The notes under the pieces are model-generated. The model was not told the origin of the DNA. It saw only the letters and a list, made by a program, of their open reading frames with translations, and did not search any database. Shown here piece after piece: positions 27,001-37,900 of a stretch of DNA of 64,000 nucleotides (position 1 is the stretch's first letter; every line of letters starts with the position of its first letter). Source of the DNA: Bilabrum cf. latius (Eukaryota); contig OZ237739.1 in the NCBI GenBank assembly GCA_965178125.1, forward strand, positions 434,001-498,000, read 5' to 3'. Both the position numbers and the translations under genes were made by a program.

Positions 27001-30000
27001 CCAGCACGCCGTCGGGCCCGCCAGGACGCACGCGGATCACCACGTCCCTCGCCGTGCCCGCTGGCAATGCGGCGGCCACCACCACCTCCACCGACTGGCC
27101 GCCCACCACGCTCGACGGACTCAGCGACGAGCTCAGGCTGCTGTCCGGCGTGCGCGCGTACATCTGCACCGCAGGATCCGCGTGCTGCATCAGCACATCT
27201 GCCTCCGCTGCCACGCTCGCGTTGCGGGAGTCGCCCACATCGGGGTGCGACCACCACCGGGCAGACAGGCTCGCGTTCACGCTGCCGCCAAGGTCGATGC
27301 TCGGCAGAAGCTCCACCTCCACCACCACCGACAACGAGTCGCCCACGTCCAGCCGAGGCCACACGATCACCGCGCCTGCAAGGCTGTCCGCAGACACCCC
27401 GGATGCCGACGCAGATGCCGCGTCCGCTCCCGCGCGACGAGACCCGCCCTCGCTCCACGCCGGCTGCACCACGCCGTTCACCCACACGCCAGACACCACG
27501 TACCTGCCGTCCAGCAGCGTCGAGTCCAGCAGCGTCACGTTGAACACAGACGCGGCCGATCCGCCCGCATGCCCCACCGTCATGGTGAAGTTCAGCTTGT
27601 CGCCGCCGTCCGTGTCCGTGAAGGCCACGGGGCTCACGCCGGGCGCTGCCAAAGACCCCTCCGATACCGTCAGCGTCACCACGCGAGACACGGCCTCGCC
27701 GCCGCTCAGGTCAGACCCAGACACAGACGCCGTCGCATCCACGCCCACGCCGCCCTGCGCCGCCGCCGTGTTGCGGACCACGCCGCGCAGCACGATCTCC
27801 ACGCCCTCCACAGTCAGCCCGTTGTCCGTGCCGGCGTTCGTCACGTCGCCCAGCTGCACCGTCGCCGTGCCGGCCGCCCCGTCCACGCTCCAGTGGGACG
27901 AGTTCAGGCCGCTCAGCGCGCCCGATCCGCCCGCAAGCGACGACGTCACGTTCGACCCGGACCCTGCCGTGGCTCGCACAGACACCACCTCCAGCAGCTC
28001 CAGCACGTCCGCTCGAGACAGGCTCACGCTCACCGACGACCCCACCAGAGTGCCTTCCGCAAGCTACAGCACCGCCGTCAGCTCCACCACCTGCCCCACC
28101 GCCACGCGCCCGGGACCCGCCACACTAGGATCCTCCACGCTCGCGTTCCACACCAATCCAGGACCAGGCACTGACACGGCCGTCGACACAGGCGCCTCGG
28201 AGCTCTCGTTCCGGCTCACCCCGTACGAGCTGCCCACCACCGGGTGCGAGCTCCACTCCACCCGCACGTCCGTCGGCACCGTCGTGCCAGATGCAGCCGC
28301 GTCCGTCAGACGCACGCGGTACACCAGCACAGAGCTGCTCACCACAGACTCCAACACGGCCCACTCGCCGCTCGTGCTGTGCCCGATCACCGACCCGCTC
28401 GTCTCGCGGTTGTACCGCTCCGTCCCGTCCACCACCACAGACTCCACCACGTACGACGGGCCCGGCAGCGACGCGTCCACCAGCCGCACCCAGTACGCCT
28501 GGTTGTATCCCGCGCCCTGCGTCGCGTTCACTACCACCACCATCTGCACCACGTCGCCTCCGTCGCCCACCGCGCTGGCAGGACTCACAGACACAGACAC
28601 ATCCGGCTCCAGCACAGACAGGCTCGCCGACTCGGAGCTCATCGTCTCCTGCGTCACGAATGCCGCATCCACATCGATGCTGGCCCCGCGAGACACAGCG
28701 CTCACGTTCTCCACGGTCGCCTCCAGCACCACCTCCAGGATCTCCCCGGCGCCAGACACGCCCACGTCCCGGTCCACATTGCGCAGCACGCACAGAGGCG
28801 CCCGGTACCACGACGCCAATGGACCGCCCAGACGCACCACAGACAGCCCGGACAGGTCATCCAGATACGACTGCACGCCAGACCCGCCCGACCCCACACC
28901 GCTGCAGCTCGACACCAGCACGCTGCTCGGCGACGAGTCAGTGCTGCCGTTCACCACCACGCGAGCCGACACCACCCGACGCAGACCGAGACCACTCACC
29001 AGCGACGATCCCGGCACAGACACGTTCAGCACCGCATCGCTCATGCGGGCTTCCGGCAGAGCCACGCTCACGTTCACAGTCACCACGCTGCCCACCACCA
29101 CGTCCAGGCCGCCAGATGTCGCGCCGTCCGAAGACACAGACAGGCTCAACGATGGCGACCCCACGCTCAGCGACGATGCAGACGTGGTCGATACCACGGA
29201 CTCGTTTCGGGACTCAGACGGGCTGGGATGGCTGCCCCACCGCACGCTCACGAAAGGCACAGGGTACGATGCCCCGGCCTCCACGTCCGACGACACAAGC
29301 ACCTCCCACTGCACGGCCAGCACCTGACCCGCTCCCACCTCGCTCAGCACAAGCACCGCGTCGGCCAGCGACGCAGACCCGCCTGCCACCAGCGACCCGT
29401 TCACCCACACGCGACCCACAGAGTACACCGGAGCCCCCGTGGCCGTCAAGCTCACGTTCGCCAGCACCGAGTCCGCGACCACCACGTCAAACACAGACGC
29501 GCCCGCCGACGCGATGGGCCGCAGCACAGTCGAGAACAACAGAGAGTCCCCGCCGTCCACGTCAGACAGCACCGACGGAAGCAACACATCCGGCCGAGAC
29601 AGGCCCTGCCCCGCCACCGTCAAAGTCACGCTCGAGTTCGTCACGGCAGGCACCACGTCCAAGCTAGACACAGACGCGATCACGCTAGACGTCGACCCGG
29701 CCGCCGCGTCCCGAAGCACGCGCCCGCCCACCACCACCTCGATGGACTCGCTCACGCCATCCAGCGTGTCGTTGTTCACCATCGTGCACGGCCCGATCAC
29801 CACCTCGCCCGTGCTGGCGTTCACGCTCGCGTGCGGCGCGCTGCCCAGCAGAGACAGTGGCGTCACCAGCACGCCGCCGCACACCACGCGCAGCTTCGTC
29901 AGAGACGGCCCGCTCACGGACACCACCGAGATGCTCGCAGGGTCCAGCACGCCGTCGGGCCCGCCAGGACGCACGCGGATCACCACGTCCCTCGCCGTGC

Positions 30001-31966
30001 CCGCTGGCAATGCGGCGGCCACCACCACCTCCACCGACTGGCCGCCCACCACGCTCGACGGACTCAGCGACGAGCTCAGGCTGCTGTCCGGCGTGCGCGC
30101 GTACATCTGCACCGCAGGATCCGCGTGCTGCATCAGCACATCCGCCTCCGCTGCCACGCTCGCGTTGCGGGAGTCGCCCACATCGGGGTGCGACCACCAC
30201 CGGGCAGACAGGCTCGCGTTCACGCTGCCGCCAAGGTCGATGCTCGGCAGAAGCTCCACCTCCACCACCACCGACAACGAGTCGCCCACGTCCAGCCGAG
30301 GCCACACGATCACCGCGCCTGCAAGGCTGTCCGCAGACACCCCGGATGCCGACGCAGATGCCGCGTCCGCTCCCGCGCGACGAGACCCGCCCTCGCTCCA
30401 CGCCGGCTGCACCACGCCGTTCACCCACACGCCAGACACCACATACCTGCCGTCCAGCAGCGTCGAGTCCAGCAGCGTCACGTTGAACACAGACGCGGCC
30501 GATCCGCCCGCATGCCCCACCGTCATGGTGAAGTTCAGCTTGTCGCCGCCGTCCGTGTCCGTGAAGGCCACCGGGCTCACGCCGGGCGCTGCCAAAGACC
30601 CCTCCGATACCGTCAGCGTCACCACGCGAGACACGGCCTCGCCGCCGCTCAGGTCAGACCCAGACACAGACGCCGTCGCATCCACGCCCACGCCGCCCTG
30701 CGCCGCCGCCGTGTTGCGGACCACGCCGCGCAGCACGATCTCCACGCCCTCCACAGTCAGCCCGTTGTCCGTGCCGGCGTTCGTCACGTCGCCCAGCTGC
30801 ACCGTCGCCGTGCCGGCCGCCCCGTCCACGCTCCAGTGGGACGAGTTCAGGCCGCTCAGCGCGCCCGATCCGCCCGCAAGCGACGACGTCACGTTCGACC
30901 CGGACCCTGCCGTGGCTCGCACAGACACCACCTCCAGCAGCTCCAGCACGTCCGCTCGAGACAGGCTCACGCTCACCGACGACCCCACCAGAGTGCCTTC
31001 CGCAAGCTACAGCACCGCCGTCAGCTCCACCACCTGCCCCACCGCCACGCGCCCGGGACCCGCCACACTAGGATCCTCCACGCTCGCGTTCCACACCAAT
31101 CCAGGACCAGGCACTGACACGGCCGTCGACACAGGCGCCTCGGAGCTCTCGTTCCGGCTCACCCCGTACGAGCTGCCCACCACCGGGTGCGAGCTCCACT
31201 CCACCCGCACGTCCGTTGGCACCGTCGTGCCAGATGCAGCCGCGTCCGTCAGACGCACGCGGTACACCAGCACAGAGCTGCTCACCACAGACTCCAACAC
31301 GGCCCACTCGCCGCTCGTGCTGTGCCCGATCACCGACCCGCTCGTCTCGCGGCTGTACCGCTCCGTCCCGTCCACCACCACAGACTCCACCACGTACGAC
31401 GGGCCCGGCAGCGACGCGTCCACCAGCCGCACCCAGTACGCCTGGTTGTATCCCGCGCCCTGCGTCGCGTTCACTACCACCACCATCTGCACCACGTCGC
31501 CTCCGTCGCCCACCGCGCTGGCAGGACTCACAGACACAGACACATCCGGCTCCAGCACAGACAGGCTCGCCGACTCGGAGCTCATCGTCTCCTGCGTCAC
31601 GAATGCCGCATCCACATCGATGCTGGCCCCGCGAGACACAGCGCTCACGTTCTCCACGGTCGCCTCCAGCACCACCTCCAGGATCTCCCCGGCGCCAGAC
31701 ACGCCCACGTCCCGGTCCACATTGCGCAGCACGCACAGAGGCGCCCGGTACCACGACGCCAATGGACCGCCCAGACGCACCACAGACAGCCCGGACAGGT
31801 CATCCAGATACGACTGCACGCCAGACCCGCCCGACCCCACACCGCTGCAGCTCGACACCAGCACGCTGCTCGGCGACGAGTCAGTGCTGCCGTTCACCAC
31901 CACGCGAGCCGACACCACCCGACGCAGACCGAGACCACTCACAAGCGACGATCCCGGCACAGACAC
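2..31966 (-). CDS. Internal segment (10,655 codons, open at both ends) of a giant repetitive beta-sandwich surface glycoprotein; continuous only if TAG is translated (14 in-frame TAG, no TAA/TGA)
   Basis: The 974-aa ORFs 1577-4501, 4520-7444, 7463-10387, 10406-13330 etc. share one frame and are joined by TAG-L-A-E-G-T-L. The called 'starts' are internal GTG Val codons. The protein shows amphipathic beta-strand patterning, repeated DGGD, WxSHP and SRNxS motifs, and many sequons. Confidence 0.7.
1577..1579 (-). other. Fixed in-frame TAG (first of 22 copies); candidate recoded or read-through codon
   Basis: Plus-strand cta; minus-strand context GTG CTG TAG CTT GCG GAA GGC ACT. Present in every unit. 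Confidence 0.9.
1577..4519 (-). CDS. Representative 981-codon repeat unit: three pairs of Ig-like/DUF11-like beta-sandwich domains (974-aa ORF under the standard code)
   Basis: Threefold internal similarity. Domain A: GQVVELTAVL*LAEGT / GQSVEVVVAAALPAGT / GSVVTVNVSVALPEAR. Domain B: DTDGGD…VFNVTLLDS…VWVNG…RWWSHP…SRNAS / DVDGGD…VFDVVVADS…VWVNG…RWGSHP…SRNES / VGDGGD…AYWVRLVDA…VVVDG…EWSSHP…SRNES. The family assignment is by eye only. Confidence 0.75.
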   Translation of the reverse strand, partial: LAEGTLVGSSVSVSLSRADVLELLEVVSVRATAGSGSNVTSSLAGGSGALSGLNSSHWSVDGAAGTATVQLGDVTNAGTDNGLTVEGVEIVLRGVVRNTAAAQGGVGVDATASVSGSDLSGGEAVSRVVTLTVSEGSLAAPGVSPVAFTDTDGGDKLNFTMTVGHAGGSAASVFNVTLLDSTLLDGRYVVSGVWVNGVVQPAWSEGGSRRAGADAASASASGVSADSLAGAVIVWPRLDVGDSLSVVVEVELLPSIDLGGSVNASLSARWWSHPDVGDSRNASVAAEADVLMQHADPAVQMYARTPDSSLSSSLSPSSVVGGQSVEVVVAAALPAGTARDVVIRVRPGGPDGVLDPASISVVSVSGPSLTKLRVVCGGVLVTPLSLLGSAPHASVNASTGEVVIGPCTMVNNDTLDGVSESIEVVVGGRVLRDAAAGSTSSVIASVSSLDVVPAVTNSSVTLTVAGQGLSRPDVLLPSVLSDVDGGDSLLFSTVLRPIASAGASVFDVVVADSVLANVSLTATGAPVYSVGRVWVNGSLVAGGSASLADAVLVLSEVGAGQVLAVQWEVLVSSDVEAGASYPVPFVSVRWGSHPSPSESRNESVVSTTSASSLSVGSPSLSLSVSSDGATSGGLDVVVGSVVTVNVSVALPEARMSDAVLNVSVPGSSLVSGLGLRRVVSARVVVNGSTDSSPSSVLVSSCSGVGSGGSGVQSYLDDLSGLSVVRLGGPLASWYRAPLCVLRNVDRDVGVSGAGEILEVVLEATVENVSAVSRGASIDVDAAFVTQETMSSESASLSVLEPDVSVSVSPASAVGDGGDVVQMVVVVNATQGAGYNQAYWVRLVDASLPGPSYVVESVVVDGTERYSRETSGSVIGHSTSGEWAVLESVVSSSVLVYRVRLTDAAASGTTVPTDVRVEWSSHPVVGSSYGVSRNESSEAPESTAVSVPGPGLVWNASVEDPSVAGPGRVAVGQVVELTAVL

Positions 31967-34900
31967 GNNNNNNNNNNNNNNNNNNNNNNNNNNNNNNNNN
32001 NNNNNNNNNNNNNNNNNNNNNNNNNNNNNNNNNNNNNNNNNNNNNNNNNNNNNNNNNNNNNNNNNNNNNNNNNNNNNNNNNNNNNNNNNNNNNNNNNNNN
32101 NNNNNNNNNNNNNNNNNNNNNNNNNNNNNNNNNNNNNNNNNNNNNNNNNNNNNNNNNNNNNNNNNNNCGATGGGCCGCAGCACAGTCGAGAACAACAGAG
32201 AGTCCCCGCCGTCCACGTCAGACAGCACCGACGGAAGCAACACATCCGGCCGAGACAGGCCCTGCCCCGCCACCGTCAAAGTCACGCTCGAGTTCGTCAC
32301 GGCAGGCACCACGTCCAAGCTAGACACAGACGCGATCACGCTAGACGTCGACCCGGCCGCCGCGTCCCGAAGCACGCGCCCGCCCACCACCACCTCGATG
32401 GACTCGCTCACGCCATCCAGCGTGTCGTTGTTCACCATCGTGCACGGCCCGATCACCACCTCGCCCGTGCTGGCGTTCACGCTCGCGTGCGGCGCGCTGC
32501 CCAGCAGAGACAGTGGCGTCACCAGCACGCCGCCGCACACCACGCGCAGCTTCGTCAGAGACGGCCCGCTCACGGACACCACCGAGATGCTCGCAGGGTC
32601 CAGCACGCCGTCGGGCCCGCCAGGACGCACGCGGATCACCACGTCCCTCGCCGTGCCCGCTGGCAATGCGGCGGCCACCACCACCTCCACCGACTGGCCG
32701 CCCACCACGCTCGACGGACTCAGCGACGAGCTCAGGCTGCTGTCCGGCGTGCGCGCGTACATCTGCACCGCAGGATCCGCGTGCTGCATCAGCACATCCG
32801 CCTCCGCTGCCACGCTCGCGTTGCGGGAGTCGCCCACATCGGGGTGCGACCACCACCGGGCAGACAGGCTCGCGTTCACGCTGCCGCCAAGGTCGATGCT
32901 CGGCAGAAGCTCCACCTCCACCACCACCGACAACGAGTCGCCCACGTCCAGCCGAGGCCACACGATCACCGCGCCTGCAAGGCTGTCCGCAGACACCCCG
33001 GATGCCGACGCAGATGCCGCGTCCGCTCCCGCGCGACGAGACCCGCCCTCGCTCCACGCCGGCTGCACCACGCCGTTCACCCACACGCCAGACACCACAT
33101 ACCTGCCGTCCAGCAGCGTCGAGTCCAGCAGCGTCACGTTGAACACAGACGCGGCCGATCCGCCCGCATGCCCCACCGTCATGGTGAAGTTCAGCTTGTC
33201 GCCGCCGTCCGTGTCCGTGAAGGCCACCGGGCTCACGCCGGGCGCTGCCAAAGACCCCTCCGATACCGTCAGCGTCACCACGCGAGACACGGCCTCGCCG
33301 CCGCTCAGGTCAGACCCAGACACAGACGCCGTCGCATCCACGCCCACGCCGCCCTGCGCCGCCGCCGTGTTGCGGACCACGCCGCGCAGCACGATCTCCA
33401 CGCCCTCCACAGTCAGCCCGTTGTCCGTGCCGGCGTTCGTCACGTCGCCCAGCTGCACCGTCGCCGTGCCGGCCGCCCCGTCCACGCTCCAGTGGGACGA
33501 GTTCAGGCCGCTCAGCGCGCCCGATCCGCCCGCAAGCGACGACGTCACGTTCGACCCGGACCCTGCCGTGGCTCGCACAGACACCACCTCCAGCAGCTCC
33601 AGCACGTCCGCTCGAGACAGGCTCACGCTCACCGACGACCCCACCAGAGTGCCTTCCGCAAGCTACAGCACCGCCGTCAGCTCCACCACCTGCCCCACCG
33701 CCACGCGCCCGGGACCCGCCACACTAGGATCCTCCACGCTCGCGTTCCACACCAATCCAGGACCAGGCACTGACACGGCCGTCGACACAGGCGCCTCGGA
33801 GCTCTCGTTCCGGCTCACCCCGTACGAGCTGCCCACCACCGGGTGCGAGCTCCACTCCACCCGCACGTCCGTTGGCACCGTCGTGCCAGATGCAGCCGCG
33901 TCCGTCAGACGCACGCGGTACACCAGCACAGAGCTGCTCACCACAGACTCCAACACGGCCCACTCGCCGCTCGTGCTGTGCCCGATCACCGACCCGCTCG
34001 TCTCGCGGCTGTACCGCTCCGTCCCGTCCACCACCACAGACTCCACCACGTACGACGGGCCCGGCAGCGACGCGTCCACCAGCCGCACCCAGTACGCCTG
34101 GTTGTATCCCGCGCCCTGCGTCGCGTTCACTACCACCACCATCTGCACCACGTCGCCTCCGTCGCCCACCGCGCTGGCAGGACTCACAGACACAGACACA
34201 TCCGGCTCCAGCACAGACAGGCTCGCCGACTCGGAGCTCATCGTCTCCTGCGTCACGAATGCCGCATCCACATCGATGCTGGCCCCGCGAGACACAGCGC
34301 TCACGTTCTCCACGGTCGCCTCCAGCACCACCTCCAGGATCTCCCCGGCGCCAGACACGCCCACGTCCCGGTCCACATTGCGCAGCACGCACAGAGGCGC
34401 CCGGTACCACGACGCCAATGGACCGCCCAGACGCACCACAGACAGCCCGGACAGGTCATCCAGATACGACTGCACGCCAGACCCGCCCGACCCCACACCG
34501 CTGCAGCTCGACACCAGCACGCTGCTCGGCGACGAGTCAGTGCTGCCGTTCACCACCACGCGAGCCGACACCACCCGACGCAGACCGAGACCACTCACAA
34601 GCGACGATCCCGGCACAGACACGTTCAGCACCGCATCGCTCATGCGGGCTTCCGGCAGCGCCACGCTCACGTTCACAGTCACCACGCTGCCCACCACCAC
34701 GTCCAGGCCGCCAGATGTCGCGCCGTCCGAAGACACAGACAGGCTCAACGATGGCGACCCCACGCTCAGCGACGATGCAGACGTGGTCGATACCACGGAC
34801 TCGTTTCGGGACTCAGACGGGCTGGGATGGCTGCCCCACCGCACGCTCACGAAAGGCACAGGGTACGATGCCCCGGCCTCCACGTCCGACGACACAAGCA

Positions 34901-37900
34901 CCTCCCACTACACGGCCAGCACCTGACCCGCTCCCACCTCGCTCAGCACAAGCACCGCGTCGGCCAGCGACGCAGACCCGCCTGCCACCAGCGACCCGTT
35001 CACCCACACGCGACCCACAGAGTACACCGGAGCCCCCGTGGCCGTCAAGCTCACGTTCGCCAGCACCGAGTCCGCGACCACCACGTCAAACACAGACGCG
35101 CCCGCCGACGCGACGGGCCGCAGCACAGTCGAGAACAACAGAGAGTCCCCGCCGTCCACGTCAGATAGCACCGACGGAAGCAACACATCCGGCCGAGACA
35201 GGCCCTGCCCCGCCACCGTCAAAGTCACGCTCGAGTTCGTCACGGCAGGCACCACGTCCAAGCTAGACACAGACGCGATCACGCTAGACGTCGACCCGGC
35301 CGCCGCGTCCCGAAGCACGCGCCCGCCCACCACCACCTCGATGGACTCGCTCACGCCATCCAGCGTGTCGTTGTTCACCATCGTGCACGGCCCGATCACC
35401 ACCTCGCCCGTGCTGGCGTTCACGCTCGCGTGCGGCGCGCTGCCCAGCAGAGACAGTGGCGTCACCAGCACGCCGCCGCACACCACGCGCAGCTTCGTCA
35501 GAGACGGCCCGCTCACGGACACCACCGAGATGCTCGCAGGGTCCAGCACGCCGTCGGGCCCGCCAGGACGCACGCGGATCACCACGTCCCTCGCCGTGCC
35601 CGCTGGCAATGCGGCGGCCACCACCACCTCCACCGACTGGCCGCCCACCACGCTCGACGGACTCAGCGACGAGCTCAGGCTGCTGTCCGGCGTGCGCGCG
35701 TACATCTGCACCGCAGGATCCGCGTGCTGCATCAGCACATCTGCCTCCGCTGCCACGCTCGCGTTGCGGGAGTCGCCCACATCGGGGTGCGACCACCACC
35801 GGGCAGACAGGCTCGCGTTCACGCTGCCGCCAAGGTCGATGCTCGGCAGAAGCTCCACCTCCACCACCACCGACAACGAGTCGCCCACGTCCAGCCGAGG
35901 CCACACGATCACCGCGCCTGCAAGGCTGTCCGCAGACACCCCGGATGCCGACGCAGATGCCGCGTCCGCTCCCGCGCGACGAGACCCGCCCTCGCTCCAC
36001 GCCGGCTGCACCACGCCGTTCACCCACACGCCAGACACCACGTACCTGCCGTCCAGCAGCGTCGAGTCCAGCAGCGTCACGTTGAACACAGACGCGGCCG
36101 ATCCGCCCGCATGCCCCACCGTCATGGTGAAGTTCAGCTTGTCGCCGCCGTCCGTGTCCGTGAAGGCCACGGGGCTCACGCCGGGCGCTGCCAAAGACCC
36201 CTCCGATACCGTCAGCGTCACCACGCGAGACACGGCCTCGCCGCCGCTCAGGTCAGACCCAGACACAGACGCCGTCGCATCCACGCCCACGCCGCCCTGC
36301 GCCGCCGCCGTGTTGCGGACCACGCCGCGCAGCACGATCTCCACGCCCTCCACAGTCAGCCCGTTGTCCGTGCCGGCGTTCGTCACGTCGCCCAGCTGCA
36401 CCGTCGCCGTGCCGGCCGCCCCGTCCACGCTCCAGTGGGACGAGTTCAGGCCGCTCAGCGCGCCCGATCCGCCCGCAAGCGACGACGTCACGTTCGACCC
36501 GGACCCTGCCGTGGCTCGCACAGACACCACCTCCAGCAGCTCCAGCACGTCCGCTCGAGACAGGCTCACGCTCACCGACGACCCCACCAGAGTGCCTTCC
36601 GCAAGCTACAGCACCGCCGTCAGCTCCACCACCTGCCCCACCGCCACGCGCCCGGGACCCGCCACACTAGGATCCTCCACGCTCGCGTTCCACACCAATC
36701 CAGGACCAGGCACTGACACGGCCGTCGACACAGGCGCCTCGGAGCTCTCGTTCCGGCTCACCCCGTACGAGCTGCCCACCACCGGGTGCGAGCTCCACTC
36801 CACCCGCACGTCCGTCGGCACCGTCGTGCCAGATGCAGCCGCGTCCGTCAGACGCACGCGGTACACCAGCACAGAGCTGCTCACCACAGACTCCAACACG
36901 GCCCACTCGCCGCTCGTGCTGTGCCCGATCACCGACCCGCTCGTCTCGCGGTTGTACCGCTCCGTCCCGTCCACCACCACAGACTCCACCACGTACGACG
37001 GGCCCGGCAGCGACGCGTCCACCAGCCGCACCCAGTACGCCTGGTTGTATCCCGCGCCCTGCGTCGCGTTCACTACCACCACCATCTGCACCACGTCGCC
37101 TCCGTCGCCCACCGCGCTGGCAGGACTCACAGACACAGACACATCCGGCTCCAGCACAGACAGGCTCGCCGACTCGGAGCTCATCGTCTCCTGCGTCACG
37201 AATGCCGCATCCACATCGATGCTGGCCCCGCGAGACACAGCGCTCACGTTCTCCACGGTCGCCTCCAGCACCACCTCCAGGATCTCCCCGGCGCCAGACA
37301 CGCCCACGTCCCGGTCCACATTGCGCAGCACGCACAGAGGCGCCCGGTACCACGACGCCAATGGACCGCCCAGACGCACCACAGACAGCCCGGACAGGTC
37401 ATCCAGATACGACTGCACGCCAGACCCGCCCGACCCCACACCGCTGCAGCTCGACACCAGCACGCTGCTCGGCGACGAGTCAGTGCTGCCGTTCACCACC
37501 ACGCGAGCCGACACCACCCGACGCAGACCGAGACCACTCACCAGCGACGATCCCGGCACAGACACGTTCAGCACCGCATCGCTCATGCGGGCTTCCGGCA
37601 GAGCCACGCTCACGTTCACAGTCACCACGCTGCCCACCACCACGTCCAGGCCGCCAGATGTCGCGCCGTCCGAAGACACAGACAGGCTCAACGATGGCGA
37701 CCCCACGCTCAGCGACGATGCAGACGTGGTCGATACCACGGACTCGTTTCGGGACTCAGACGGGCTGGGATGGCTGCCCCACCGCACGCTCACGAAAGGC
37801 ACAGGGTACGATGCCCCGGCCTCCACGTCCGACGACACAAGCACCTCCCACTGCACGGCCAGCACCTGACCCGCTCCCACCTCGCTCAGCACAAGCACCG

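Noticed and set aside
29439-34926. Long chimeric ORFs (1444 and 1236 aa; also 1079 aa at 60359-63598) and apparent frameshifts at the gaps
   Set aside because: Artefacts of translating through fixed-length 200-N gaps.
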